Below are positions 1-10,994 of a stretch of 64,000 bases of DNA, piece after piece. The stretch covers positions 21,700,001-21,764,000 of the forward strand of contig NC_042997.1 in assembly GCF_006345805.1 (NCBI RefSeq), in the 5' to 3' direction. The number at the start of each line of letters is the position of its first letter. Position 1 is the stretch's first letter. Source of the stretch: Octopus sinensis. Lineage: Eukaryota. Under the pieces are notes generated by a model. That model was given only the letters and a program-made list of their open reading frames with translations, was not told where the DNA came from and made no database searches. The position numbers were made by a program, and so were the translations under genes.

Positions 1-620
1 TGACATTTAATCTTTCGCCTCGTTGCTGATGACCCCCAGAACCATCACAGTTGCCATGAACTTAGTATATACAACCGTTGGAACCTCATTCGGGTCTCTG
101 GATAACTACTTAACATTCCTTCGGTTTACCTTTTGGTCCTGATCGAAATTTTTCTCATCGGAAAAAGAAACTCAAAGCATTCCAGCCCCTTTGTGTTTTA
201 ACTTGTTTAACAAGCACCTTGCATGCATCGAGCAATTATCTCTTGTCACATCCAATATAAACTGACCCCTCATCGTCACATACAACTTGTACCGGATGTT
301 CTCGTGCACAACTCTTCTGGTGGTGTACTCTGAAATATTGAATTCCTTTGCAATGCCTCTGACTGACTTTCTGGGATTTTTATCGATTATTTCTTGGACG
401 TTTTGTATAAAGTTATGTGTTATGATGGTATCAAGGCTCAGTGCATGAGTTTTATATTTAGCTGCTGATGTTGGAACCCCGTTAGCAGCTTCCAGCTCCT
501 TTCGAACATTGACAATGAAGGAACGAGTAACTTTCAGGATCGAGCTATCTCAGAATAACTATACTGTACTTTTAGGGCAACGACTACAGCGCGCCTTTTC
601 ATTTACTGAGAGAACCTGAT
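1..620 (-). mobile_element. Tc1/mariner-superfamily (maT/DD37D-like) transposase remnant, cut by the window edge
   Basis: Minus-strand translation near 110-165 gives FSDEKNFDQDQKVNRRN. Near 20-85 it gives VPTVVYTKFMATVMVLGVISNE. These match the first catalytic Asp region of Tc1/mariner DDD transposases. The frame is broken. Confidence 0.75.
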
Positions 621-699
621 GTCTGACGTTATTTTTCTGAAAAGTAAGATAAAAAAGTAAGTTAGAAGAAAGTTAGAGTTCTTGAAAGAGGTACCCTCA

Positions 700-1285
700 A
701 AAAATTGTATTGTATCAATGGGTAGTATTTAAGTAGAGCATGTCCTGCATGAAATGTATAACTTGGTGGTGACTGTGTTGAGTATAAAATAATATAGGAA
801 GTGGGCAATGCCGAGCAATACTATTTTTTCTATTTGCTGAGTTTGGAAGAAGAGGCTGACCTCATGACCCTTGCAGGCCTTCTGACACTGATGAGATTGA
901 TATTAACGTTCCATTTAAACTGTTGCAGGTCAATATTTGTAGGAAAGACATGAGCAGGGAAGAGGTTCCAGAAAGTTCTGGGAATAGTGGTTAGGTTGGG
1001 TGCTACAAGGGCGATGAATGGTGGAAAGAGATGGGCGGGTGGGGTTATCTTAGTGATCGGTCACATCTGAGGAACAGAGACTATTATAGTAGTGTTAGAA
1101 AAAAAAGACAGTGAGAACGGAAACAAGAGGTTGGAGTGCATCCATTTGTGATGGTATACCAATCAGCCGAGTGACCCTTCTCTGGATGCGGTGAAGGATA
1201 TCAATTTCCGGAGCAGCAGTACCTTCGATTTGTGGTCGCAGCGCTCTAATTATGCATGTCAGAGGAATTAACGCAATGAGGAAAA
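700..1285 (-). mobile_element. CR1/L2-clade LINE, degraded RT C-terminus and 3' region
   Basis: Minus strand near 1080-1200 reads DRIQRRVTRLIGIPSQMDALQPL..., resembling the LDRIQRRA.RLI...L.SL..RR motif at the C-terminus of CR1/L2 RT. Confidence 0.6.
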
Positions 1286-2079
1286 GTAAATGGAGAGCGC
1301 ATCGTTGTTGATGTTATTTCTCTACGTGACAAGATGTTTGTTCGTGAGTTCCGAAAGTATAAATTACGGATCTTTTCCTTTTGATGGACGGAATTTCTAG
1401 TTAACTAAACAATTTGAAACGGGAATTAATTAAAAATTAAAGCAAAAAGATAATTAACTCCGCCTATGTTGACATCTTTAACACGTGTTTAGATCAGAGA
1501 AATCTAATACACAGCTTGTGATGACGTCACAACAATCATTTCAATGACGCTCTATTACATGTTTAAAATTATAACCAAATGTGTGTGTGTAGTCACTCTC
1601 GCAATTTTAACTAAGGGGAGGTAAAAATTGTAGGCTTTTTTATGAGTTACTTCCCATTGACCATTAACTTTTTAAAACTTTTTTTTAAAGTCTTTCTTCT
1701 CAAAGAGATTAATAATTTTGTCAGTCATTTTTAGCTAACCCCGAAACTTTGACACCCAGTCAAATGACTAACCAACGCTTACAAGAAATAATTTACATTT
1801 AACCTACGATAGTCAGTACTGATTCTTCTGCTTGTCAGTTTTTGAATTGAATGACACTTCAATTTTTAGATACAGGACAAATCAATGGCTATATTTATTT
1901 TAATATTAACTTTCACTATTTATCAAAAGTTTTGGAGTTCTCTGATAGAAATGATTTACCGTGTTTTCTTATGTATAAGTCGTGCTCATTTATAAGTCAC
2001 ACCTCTAATTTAGTGATAAATATTGATACAAAACTTTTTCCTTTATAGTTTGAGCTTTGCCCAGTGTATGTATGTAATT

Positions 2080-2260
2080 ATTCAGTTTATTTAAAGATTT
2101 GTTGCCAATAGAGAAAGGACCGGTTTCTGACCTAGATCCAAGGCTCCTTCATTGGAATTTCAACATCCACAACAGGGTATTTTTGTTTGTATATATGTAC
2201 GTGTGTCTGCATGCCTGTATGCAAGTACGTATGTATGTATGTGTGTGTGTGTGTGTGTAT
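2080..2260 (-). repeat. Dispersed short repeat family X (copy 1), pLTR-like, with internal (TATG)n
   Basis: ttgccaatagagaaaggaccggtttctgacctagatccaaggctcc is shared with 14010-14065 (same strand) and 63524-63580 (opposite strand). Confidence 0.75.
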
Positions 2261-2334
2261 ATGACGTGGCAAGCCAAGTGATACTGTAACTGTGGCCTAT
2301 TCCAGTGCAGCAAAACCAACCCATTTAAGAGTAC

Positions 2335-2826
2335 CCTTCAATCATTGGGCAATAAACTGTGCTTGTGAAGACCTGTTGAGTCAAGTGAAGTCATTGTTGT
2401 GGCTGATGACAGTACCACCTGATTGGTATCCGTACCGGTGGCACATAAAAAGCACCATTTGATTGTGTGATCGTTGCCAGTGCTGCCTGACTGGCTCCTG
2501 TGCTGGTGGCATGTAAAAAGTACCATCTGAGCGTGGTTGATGCCTGTGCTGGCTGACTGGTCCCATGCCAGTGGCACGTAAACAGCACCATTCAAGTGTG
2601 GTTGATGCCAGTACCACCTGACTGGTCCTTGTGCCAGTGGATTGTAAAAAGCACCCTCTACACTCTTGGAGAGGTTGGCCTTAGGAAGGGTATTCAGCTG
2701 TAGAAACTCTGCCAGATCACATTGGAGCCTGGTGCAGCCTTCTGGCTTGCCAGCCCTCAGTCAAACCATCCAAACCATGTCAGCATGGAAAATGGATGCT
2801 AAAGTCAATGATGATGAAGATGATGA
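2335..2826 (+). mobile_element. RTE-type LINE 3' UTR with (GAT)n tail
   Basis: Repeated gtgccagtggcacgtaaaaagcacc units, then taggaagggtattcagctgtagaaac...agcatggaaaatggatg and a gatgatg tail. The same 3' end follows an RTE ORF C-terminus at 4130-4778. Confidence 0.75.
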
Positions 2827-2877
2827 TGATATATATATACATACATACATACATACATACATACATACATACATACA

Positions 2878-2910
<33 letters not shown>

Positions 2911-2932
2911 GTATATATATATATATATATAT
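2827..2932. repeat. (ACAT)n + (AT)n microsatellite
   Basis: Direct reading. Confidence 0.95.
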
Positions 2933-2939
2933 TAATAAA

Positions 2940-3235
2940 TAAAACATATGTAGAGTAGATGAAACCATGGCGACTGAAGAAGGGGAATTTTCCCTGTGTT
3001 ATTTGTCCTGTACTCTATTTTTTGTTGTTTAAGAAAAATGTCCAGTTCCTTGGTTTTGTGTTTATGTTTTCGTTTCTCATTGTGTTCGACGTTTTTTTGG
3101 TGTCCTGTACCCATATATGCATGTATATATACATGTAGAGGTAGGTACGAACATATATGTATATATATATATATGCATATGTTGCATTTATTAAAATAGT
3201 ATATGACGGAACACACGCATCCATTTCTAAGTAAG
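2940..3235. repeat. Dispersed repeat of unknown class, related to 41030-41290
   Basis: Both sites share tgtcctgtactct...tttctcattgtgttc...gtcc(t/c)gtacccatatatgcatgtatatatacatgta...cacgcatcc..tt.caagtaag. Confidence 0.7.
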
Positions 3236-3238
3236 ATT

Positions 3239-3299
<61 letters not shown>

Positions 3300-3867
3300 G
3301 ATTCCTTGATCACAAGAGTCGTTGTTATTGTTGTGGCAGTAGGGGTAACAAACATTCATCTGCAATGTTGAAATAGCAGTCACCGTATTTCATTCCATAA
3401 CGGCTACCCCTGAAGAGTGCAGGGTTACATAATTGGACTGTTACCTAACACTGTTGAACTCCTTGTGTGAAACTGATTGGACATAATACTGTACATTTCG
3501 ATTTATATATATGTATATAAAATTTTCAGGATCCAATGGAATCAAGGTATTTAAATAACAAAGGCACAGAGGTAGAGTTGGGGATAGCATGCTTGTGCAC
3601 TGAAAGTGTGTATGAACACTCATGTACTTACTAAATAAAATGCAGATTTGTCCTTCCCGTTACATATACATTCACAAGTATAGACCAAATATACAATGTT
3701 ACTTAAGGTTACACAGGAGTATAATCCAGCATGCAGTCTACAGTACACTGTAGACTCAAAATCCAATACAGGAAGGTTCTGAGGATGGTGAAGCATAAAT
3801 AATAACATGCTGGCATGGGTTGGACAGTTTGATTGAAAACTGGTGAGCTGGGGAGCTACACTAAGTT

Positions 3868-4115
3868 CCAATTTGGTTTGGCATGGTTTCTACAGCTGGA
3901 TGCCCTTCCTAATGTCAACCACTCCAAGAGTGCAATGGATACTTTTTACGTGCCTCCAGCTCGGGTGCCATTGATATGACACCAGCATTAGTGCTTTTTT
4001 ATGTGCCACCAGCACAGATGCCAGTCAACTGGCACTGGCATTGGCCATGGTTATGATTTCACTTGGCTTCACAGGTCTTCTCAAGCACAGCATATTGTCC
4101 AACATATGAGGGGTG
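3868..4115 (-). mobile_element. RTE-type LINE 3' fragment
   Basis: Reverse complement of the RTE 3' UTR (tttctacagctggatgcccttcctaa; ttttttatgtgccacc; ggtcttctcaagcacagcatat). Confidence 0.7.
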
Positions 4116-4124
4116 ATTTTTACA

Positions 4125-4778
4125 TGCCATTGAAGCACGACCTTCGAACTTTAGGCCTCACTGAGGAAATGACCAGCAACCGAGACCTTTGGAAATATGC
4201 TGTGCGTGAGAAGACCAGGCAGGACAAGTGAGTCCAGCCCACTTATGCATGCCTTTCCTCCCTTGGACACACAAAGACCTGTTGAGGCAAGCGAAGTTGA
4301 TATCGAACCTCATCCGACGACAGGCACCCATGCCAACCCCACTTTACTTGCGAAGACCTGTTGGGGCAAGTGAAATCGAAATCGAAATCGAAATCAGAAT
4401 CGAAATTGAACCAATCCTATGACTGGCACCCAGCAGATGCCAGGACCCCTGGACTGGTGGTACATAAAAAGCACTATCCGAATCGTGGGCGATGCCAGCG
4501 CCACCTCGACTGGCTTCCGTGCCAGTGGCACGTAAAATGCACCAATCCGACCGTGGCCGTTGCCAGCCTCGCCTGGCACCTGTGCAGGTGGCATGTAAAA
4601 AGCACCCACTACACTCACGGAGTGGTTGGCTTTAGGAAGGGCATCCAGCTGTAGAAACATTGCCAGATAAGACTGGAGCCTGGTGCAGCCTTCTGGCTTC
4701 CCAGATCCCCGGTCGAACCGTCCAACCCATGCTAGCATGGAGAACGGACGTTAAACGATGATGATGATAATGATGATT
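4125..4778 (+). mobile_element. RTE LINE 3' end (ORF C-terminus, 3' UTR, (GAT)n tail)
   Basis: Encodes HDLRTLGLTEEMTSNRDLWKYAVREKTRQDK* followed by the family 3' UTR ending gctagcatggagaacggacgttaaacgatgatgatg. Confidence 0.8.
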
Positions 4779-4787
4779 TATATGATA

Positions 4788-5525
4788 CTGGCATCAGCCA
4801 TGGCTACAATCTCACTTGGCCTGACATGTCTTCTCAAGCACAGCATATCACCAAAAGTCTTGCTCATTTGTCATTGCCTCCATGAGGCCCAACATTCGAA
4901 GATCATGCTTCACCACCATGTCTTATGTCTTCCTGGGTTTACTTCTTTCACAGGTTCTCTCCACTGTTACAGTGTGACACTTCTTCATACAGCTGTCCTC
5001 GTCCATACACATCACATGACCATCCCAGTGCAGTCATCTCTTTTGCACTCCACATCTGATGTCTCTTATGCCTGGCTTTTCTCTCAAGGCACTTGCACCC
5101 TGTTGTACATGCACACTGACATACATATCCAGTGAAGCACACTAGCTTCATTTCTTACAAACCTACGCATGTCCTCAGCAGTCACAGCCCATGTTTCACT
5201 GCCATGTAGCATGGCTGTTTGCACATAGGCATCATACAGTTTGCATTTCACTCTGAGAGAGAGGCCCTTTGTTACCAGCAGAGGTAGTATCTCTCTGAAC
5301 TTTGCCCAGCCTATTCTTATGCTAGCAGCTATGCTCTTGGTGCATCCCCCCACTCTGCTCTCTACTGACTTGGTCCTTCTGTCATACTTTAGCCTTTCAA
5401 AACATTTAGCATACAGCTACCCACTTCCACCTTCCCTTCTCAAATACACCCTCTTAGTTGAGGAGGCCTTTTCTCTTTTTTTGTCTGTTCTTTTATGTCT
5501 TGCAAGTTTCAAAGCAACCTTACTA
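4788..5525 (-). mobile_element. RTE LINE RT C-terminal fragment
   Basis: ORF 5084-5353(-) reads RIGWAKFREILPLLVTKGLSLRVKCKLYDAYVQTAMLHGSETWAV, the typical RTE thumb motif LYGSETW. Confidence 0.85.
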
Positions 5526-5526
5526 G

Positions 5527-5665
5527 AGCCAGTGGCACATAAAAAGCACCAAGATCTAAAGAAGATACTGGATCCTGATGCAGTTTTGCACTTCACACTG
5601 GTTCCCTGTCAAGCTGTCCAGCCCATGCTAGCATGGAAAGTGGACTTAAATGATGATAATAATAA
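5527..5665 (+). mobile_element. RTE LINE extreme 3' tail
   Basis: gccagtggcacataaaaagcacc...cccatgctagcatggaaagtggacttaaatgatgat. Confidence 0.7.
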
Positions 5666-5680
5666 TGATTTATATGTATG

Positions 5681-5716
<36 letters not shown>

Positions 5717-6197
5717 TATAGCTGGCACTCCATTGGTTATGATGATGAGTGTTCCAGTTGATCTAATTAACATATAATAAGAGCCATACCCACCTAACAC
5801 ACCTCCATCAGCTTCCCTATGGATATTACTATGGTTTCAACACATGGGCAGTACCATTCAATCCGGCAGTGTAAACAACACTAACATAAGTGTTGTTTAG
5901 GAACAAACATACCTCTGATATCATCACATTTATTCAATCTTAATTCTAGGAAGGATTAAGCACTAGCATTATTAATTAAAGTACAACAAAGAAACCACAT
6001 TTTCCATATGTACAAAAACAGTATCAGTAAAATAATAATTCTATAAGTAAACCTATAACTGATTCTTAAATTATCTAACTAAATAGAAACCTAGCCCTTG
6101 AAGTCCATACAGATAATATTCCCACCAGTCTTTTATAGTTATTAATGTTTATATATTTTGTATGTATGTATATATATATATTATATATATATATATA

Positions 6198-6983
6198 ACA
6201 TTATATATAAGGGCTTAGTAAAATAAATTACTTTGCCACATACTGAACTCATTAGAAATAGCAGCTAAAGAAATTTCTTTAGCTATTTCTAATACTTAAG
6301 AAGATCTCTCTCAGATAGTGTTTGCTCAAACCAACTCACAAAGGTATGGGGAAAAAACATTAAAAATCAAGTGCAAAGGTTATTTGAGAACGTACGTTTC
6401 TAGATTACCCTCAATTGTTGAAATTATAATTCATTTCTCTCTGTTTAATGCTTCGGTTTTCACACCGATAAAACATAGTGTTTGTCAATTTTAACCCACG
6501 CTGGTGGAAAGGGGAGAGCAGAAATTCTTCGCTTGCATATTTTGAATTTGATAACACTTTTAGTTCGAGCGGAATTCTAGAGGTGATAAGAAACCAAAAG
6601 GGTATGCTCCCACTTTCAGTGTTCCCAAATCCGAATCAAGGAGTTCTGAGCTGACGAAAGAAATGTCGATTTGACTAATCTAGAAACGTACGTTCTCAAA
6701 TAACCTTTGCACTTGATTTTTTAATGTTTTTTCCCCCATACCTTTGTGAGTTGGTTTGAGCAAACACTATCTGAGAGAGATCTTCTTTAAGTATTAGAAA
6801 TAGCTAAAGAAATTTCTTTAGCTGCTATTTCTAATGAGTTCAGTATGTGGCAAAGTAATTTATTTTACTAAGCCCTTATATATAATGTAATATTTTGAAT
6901 TCGCCTAAAATGGTCCCTTTACATACTGAATACTTGGTGAAATTGATTAATAATTAATTAATTTTACCCTCAATTGTTGAAAT
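6198..6983 (+). mobile_element. Non-coding Penelope-pLTR/retrozyme-like unit with a 210-bp inverted arm
   Basis: Near-identical inverted arms at 6198-6407 and 6676-6888. A 20-bp direct repeat, ttaccctcaattgttgaaat, lies at 6405 and 6964 (559-bp period). It contains a hammerhead-like motif. The class assignment is inferred. Confidence 0.55.
6637..6709 (+). ncRNA. Putative type I hammerhead ribozyme with palindromic stem III
   Basis: Core CTGACGA at 6651-6657 and GAAA at 6683-6686. Stem III ACGTACGT is self-complementary, with a GUU triplet at 6692-6694. Stem I TGAG/CTCA extends through an internal loop to GTT/AAC and CAAGG/CTTTG. Stem II is AGA/TCT + GTC/GAC. Confidence 0.6.
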
Positions 6984-7020
6984 ATATATATATATATTAT
7001 ATATATATATATATATATAT

Positions 7021-7168
7021 GTTAGGAAGGGCATCCAGCCGTAGAAACACTGCCAGATCAGACTGGGCCTGATGCAGCCTTCTGGCTTCACAGACCCCAG
7101 TTGAACCGTCCAACCCATGCTAGCATGGAAAGCGGATGCTAAATGATGATGATGATGATGATGATGAT
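7021..7168 (+). mobile_element. RTE LINE 3' tail with (GAT)n
   Basis: ttaggaagggcatccagccgtagaaac...gctagcatggaaagcggatgctaaatgatgatgatg. Confidence 0.8.
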
Positions 7169-7328
7169 ATATATATATAAATGGATGAATGAATTATCCT
7201 TTGTTTACCATTAACATGGAAAATTCAATAAACAGTTACCAGGGTAGCAAAATTCACGCAAGTAACAAAGATGTAGCGACCTATTCAAAGGTAGGAATTC
7301 CGGGTTAATGTGCAGTAATTTGTGTAGT

Positions 7329-7775
7329 ATAAGTAAATAAATGGAGTTGAATGCAGATGCTATTCAAATTCTTTTACTTTCAACATATGTCTCGAAGACC
7401 ACATTGTTTTTATTCCAAAGGAATAAACGGTGTAAAATGCAATCTTCTCATCAGGAAAGAAAGAGAGCCTATCTCAACAACAAGACATTATAACAATTTC
7501 GATGACTGCATAAATGATAAACAGAATGTTATTAAGTATTTAAAAAAAAGCATTAGTAGATTCGACGTCAAAGGCAGATACTAGAAAGATAAGGGGTAAA
7601 GAAATAATAAGTAGAGAACAAATAAAGAGGGATACATTGGTTGAAAGAATGTTCAAAGGCTTGGAAGTAGATTTCTCTATTGAAGTAAAGTGTAAGTTAA
7701 ACTAACTGTTCAAACATATGTCGAAAGTAAAAGAATTTGAATAGCATCTGCCTTCAACTCCATTTATTTACTTAT
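7329..7775. mobile_element. MITE-like element with ~62-bp terminal inverted repeats
   Basis: 7329-7390 (ataagtaaataaatggagttgaatgcagatgctattcaaattcttttactttcaacatatgt) matches the reverse complement of 7714-7775 with 2 mismatches. The interior is non-coding. Confidence 0.7.
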
Positions 7776-7821
7776 CATCATCATCATCATCATCATTTAA
7801 CGTCCGTTCTCCATGCTAGCA
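7776..7821 (-). mobile_element. RTE tail abutting the assembly gap
   Basis: (cat)n ttaacgtccgttctccatgctagca is the reverse complement of the RTE 3' terminus. Confidence 0.7.
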
Positions 7822-7921
7822 NNNNNNNNNNNNNNNNNNNNNNNNNNNNNNNNNNNNNNNNNNNNNNNNNNNNNNNNNNNNNNNNNNNNNNNNNNNNNNN
7901 NNNNNNNNNNNNNNNNNNNNN
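7822..7921. other. Assembly gap (100 N)
   Basis: Run of exactly 100 n. Confidence 1.
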
Positions 7922-9023
7922 TTTTGAAAATTTTCACTGAAAATTTTTCCCCAAAAATTTTTCCAAAATTTTCATCGAAAATTTTCACTGAAAATTTTAC
8001 CAAAAAATTTTTTGAAAATTTTCACGGAAAATTTTCTCCAAAAATTTTTCGAAAATTTTCACCGAAAACTTTTCCCCAAAAAGTTTTGGAAAATTTTCAC
8101 CGAAAATTTTTCCCAAAAAACATTGATTTTTCGAAAATTTTTGCCATACTTTGTGATTTTGGCACCGCTGGCCTTCCATACTTTGTGATTTTGGCACCGC
8201 TGGCCTTCCATACTTTTTACCTAAAAATTTTTACGAAAATTTTCACCGAAAATTTTCCCTGAAAATTTAACCAAAATATTTTTCGAAAATTTTGGGGGAA
8301 AATTTTCTCCAAAAATTTTTAGAAAATTTTCACCGAAAACTTTTCCCAAAAATTTTTCGAAAAATTTCACCGAAAATTTTACCCAAAAAATTTCGAAAAA
8401 TCACAAAGTATTTTTCTCCAAAAATTTTTGCCAAAAAATACTTTGTGATTTTTATAAAATTTTTACGCAAAAAAAGTATGGCCCTCCATACTTTGTGATT
8501 TTGGTGCCGCTGGCCTTCCATACTTTTTCCAAAATTTTCAACGAAAATTTTCCCCAAAAATTTTTGGAAAATTTTCACCGAAAATTTTCCACAAAAATTT
8601 TTTAAAAATTTTCACCGAATATTTTCCACAAAAAATTTTTCGAAAATTTTCACCGAAAATTTTGTCCAAAAATTTTTAGAAAATTTTCACCGAAAACTTT
8701 CCCCAAAATTTTTTTGAAAATTTCAAGGAAAATTTTCCCCAAAAACTTTTCGCAAAAGATACTTTGTGATTTTCGAAAATTTTTGCCATACTTTGTTATT
8801 TTGGCACCGCTGGCTTTCCATACTTTGTGATTTGGCACCGCTGGCCTTCCATACTTTGTGATTTTGGCACCGCTGGCCTTCCATACTTTTTTGCCGATAA
8901 CACTCCCCGGACCCTAAGTAAGGCATGTGTAAAATTTGAATGAAATTGGTTGTATAGTTCTCAAGTTTTAGGGAAACACACAGACAGACAGACACACATT
9001 CTCAGTTTTATATATATAAAGAT
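7922..9023 (+). mobile_element. Non-autonomous Helitron/Helentron-like element with internal tandem arrays
   Basis: Arrays of gaaaattttcacc/aaaaattttt units and 32-bp units ccatactttgtgattttggcaccgctggcctt. It ends acagacagacagacacacattctcagttttatatatataaagat, an end typical of DINE-1/Lep1-like elements (class inferred). Confidence 0.55.
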
Positions 9024-9029
9024 TAGTTT

Positions 9030-9494
9030 CGAATGTACTTAACTGTGCGGGTGATGCTATGCACGCATGATACCCTTAGATCTAATCTATTGTTAATAAG
9101 GTTGTTCTTGTCTCTGTACTTAAAAATCTCGTAAATTTCCATAGAACAAACTCACACCCACATGTACTATCTCTGTAAGGCTGCGCCCTCTGTATTATAA
9201 CCCAACTAGTTCCGCTTTCCTTAAGTTCCCAGATCTTACTAAAGACGTACTATTAGCTTTATGTCTAAGCCTAAACGATGAAAGATGTTTATTAATGCGA
9301 TTATCTTTTTTCATGTTTATGAAACACCCAATATAGATAAAACTACCAGTTTTAGTAACAATTGTACATCTGTAAACTGCGTTTTAGATTAAACAGCGAC
9401 CCAATAATGGGCAATGGGATTTTACACTACAATTGCAACCGGGAGCATTACTGCTACTAATACTATTAATATTCATATCATTGTTATTATTATG

Positions 9495-9554
<60 letters not shown>

Positions 9555-9590
9555 ATCTTATTATTATTACTACTACTACTACTGCTGCTG

Positions 9591-9623
<33 letters not shown>

Positions 9624-10870
9624 TAATTATTATTATCGGCATTATTATTACTGTTATCATTACTACTTCCTTCCGCTATAGCATCATTTAAGTTCATTGT
9701 AGCACCTCCAGGTACTGCGTGAATAATATCTGGGCTAGTATAAATATCGGAGTCCCAGTTTATGTTATACATATTAGATATATTAGTCCTATTGTTCCAG
9801 ATTCCCACATATTCATTATTATTAACATAATTTCAGTGGTTCAAATCATTATTAACAATACTAGTATTATCATTAATTTCTCTTGCTAATTTTATATTCC
9901 TTCTATTAAACCAGGCTATGATGGCACCTATATTGGGAACGATAGAATATGAGATTCTGATTGTCTTATGGGAAAATATTTCATTATATCTATGGGATGC
10001 AGGGTAGCTTTTATCTAAAATTGCCATAAATTTATTATATTTGCAGGTAGATATAGTAGATATAGCAAAGTTGAAAGGAGCATTTTACCAGGCTATATTA
10101 CTCTTTCCAGACTTCTTATGTATATTAGGGCGGAATCTATCTATTTTTCTTCCGCCCTCTAAAGTCACAATTTGATTATTAGGTATGGTACAATATTGGT
10201 ATTTATCTTATCATCAGAGGGTGACATAATCTACTCAATCGTCCCCCTACAATTATTATATAAACTATTAATCTTACTGACCTTAGAGTCTATTTTCCTA
10301 TAATTATCTATCTTATTTATTAAATAGGAGTGCTGGATGCTTTCACAGTAGGTCTACTACCGAGGTGATGGTAGGTGGTCTTCCCCTTTCTGATCTTGTA
10401 TGGTAGAATCTACTTCGGTCATGGTTGTCTAGGGAGTTATGGTCATAGGTTAGTTTTAGGAGGAGGCCCAGTTCCTTTGTGTTGACTTCGCGGAAATCTA
10501 CTTCACTCTCACAGATAATCTCAGTAGATATCTCCACAGCAAGATGGGCAGTGTGAAACCATATCCATGCGACCTACTACACAACCTGCAAAGTCGTTGG
10601 AGTGGTTGGCATGATAGATTATAGTTGCTGGAGATATTCAGCCCGCAAACTGGTCTGGTAGAGGGCCTTATAACAAGGTCTACATAGAGTTTATGGTCCT
10701 TCCATAACCGTGTACAGTATAGGAACGTCGTTGTTGAATGCTTGGAAATTTTGTGTGGTCTGTTTTTGTGGGTTGGTGTATTCCCATGTGCGTGTTGAGA
10801 GGTTCTTCTACTTTTTCAAAGCAAATATATGGTTATAAATCAGCTGGCTACGATGTGGTTCTGGGAGTAG
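9030..10870 (-). mobile_element. Degraded Penelope-like retroelement (RT fragments + GIY-YIG endonuclease)
   Basis: Minus-strand motifs WKDHKL...PSTRPVCG (~10650-10720), VNTKELGLLL...GRPPTIT, NIAW*NAPFN...LDKSYPASHRYNEIFSHKTIRISYS.VPN, and GCNCSVKSHCPLLGRCL...AVYRCT...FIYIG (GIY-YIG, ~9080-9430). Stops and frameshifts are present. Confidence 0.85.
9490..9625. repeat. (TAT)n/(TAC)n compound microsatellite inside the Penelope remnant
   Basis: Direct reading. Confidence 0.95.
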
Positions 10871-10994
10871 TGAGTGTGCTTTAGATGTATGCGTTTGTTT
10901 ATAGTTACCAATATAAAGAAATTATTTTTTGTAACAATGAGGAATACAGAAAGATCTTAAAATGTACACATTAGCTTAGCAGCCATTTTAGATA

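Noticed and set aside
2962-2995. GAAA-CCATGG...CTGAAGA-AGGGGAA/TTCCCT motif
   Set aside because: There is no GAAA after stem II and no NUH site, so the topology cannot be closed.
5241-5777. 178-aa plus-strand ORF
   Set aside because: It is the antisense frame of the RTE RT fragment.
5872-5899. 11-bp perfect hairpin taaacaacact/agtgttgttta
   Set aside because: It is isolated and AT-rich with no supporting context. Bacterial terminator logic does not apply here.
8144-8885. 32-bp repeats as a CRISPR array
   Set aside because: The units are head-to-tail with no unique spacers, there are no cas genes, and the context is eukaryotic.
7737-8995. K/F-rich and X-containing ORFs
   Set aside because: These are translations of the N gap and the A/T-tract array.
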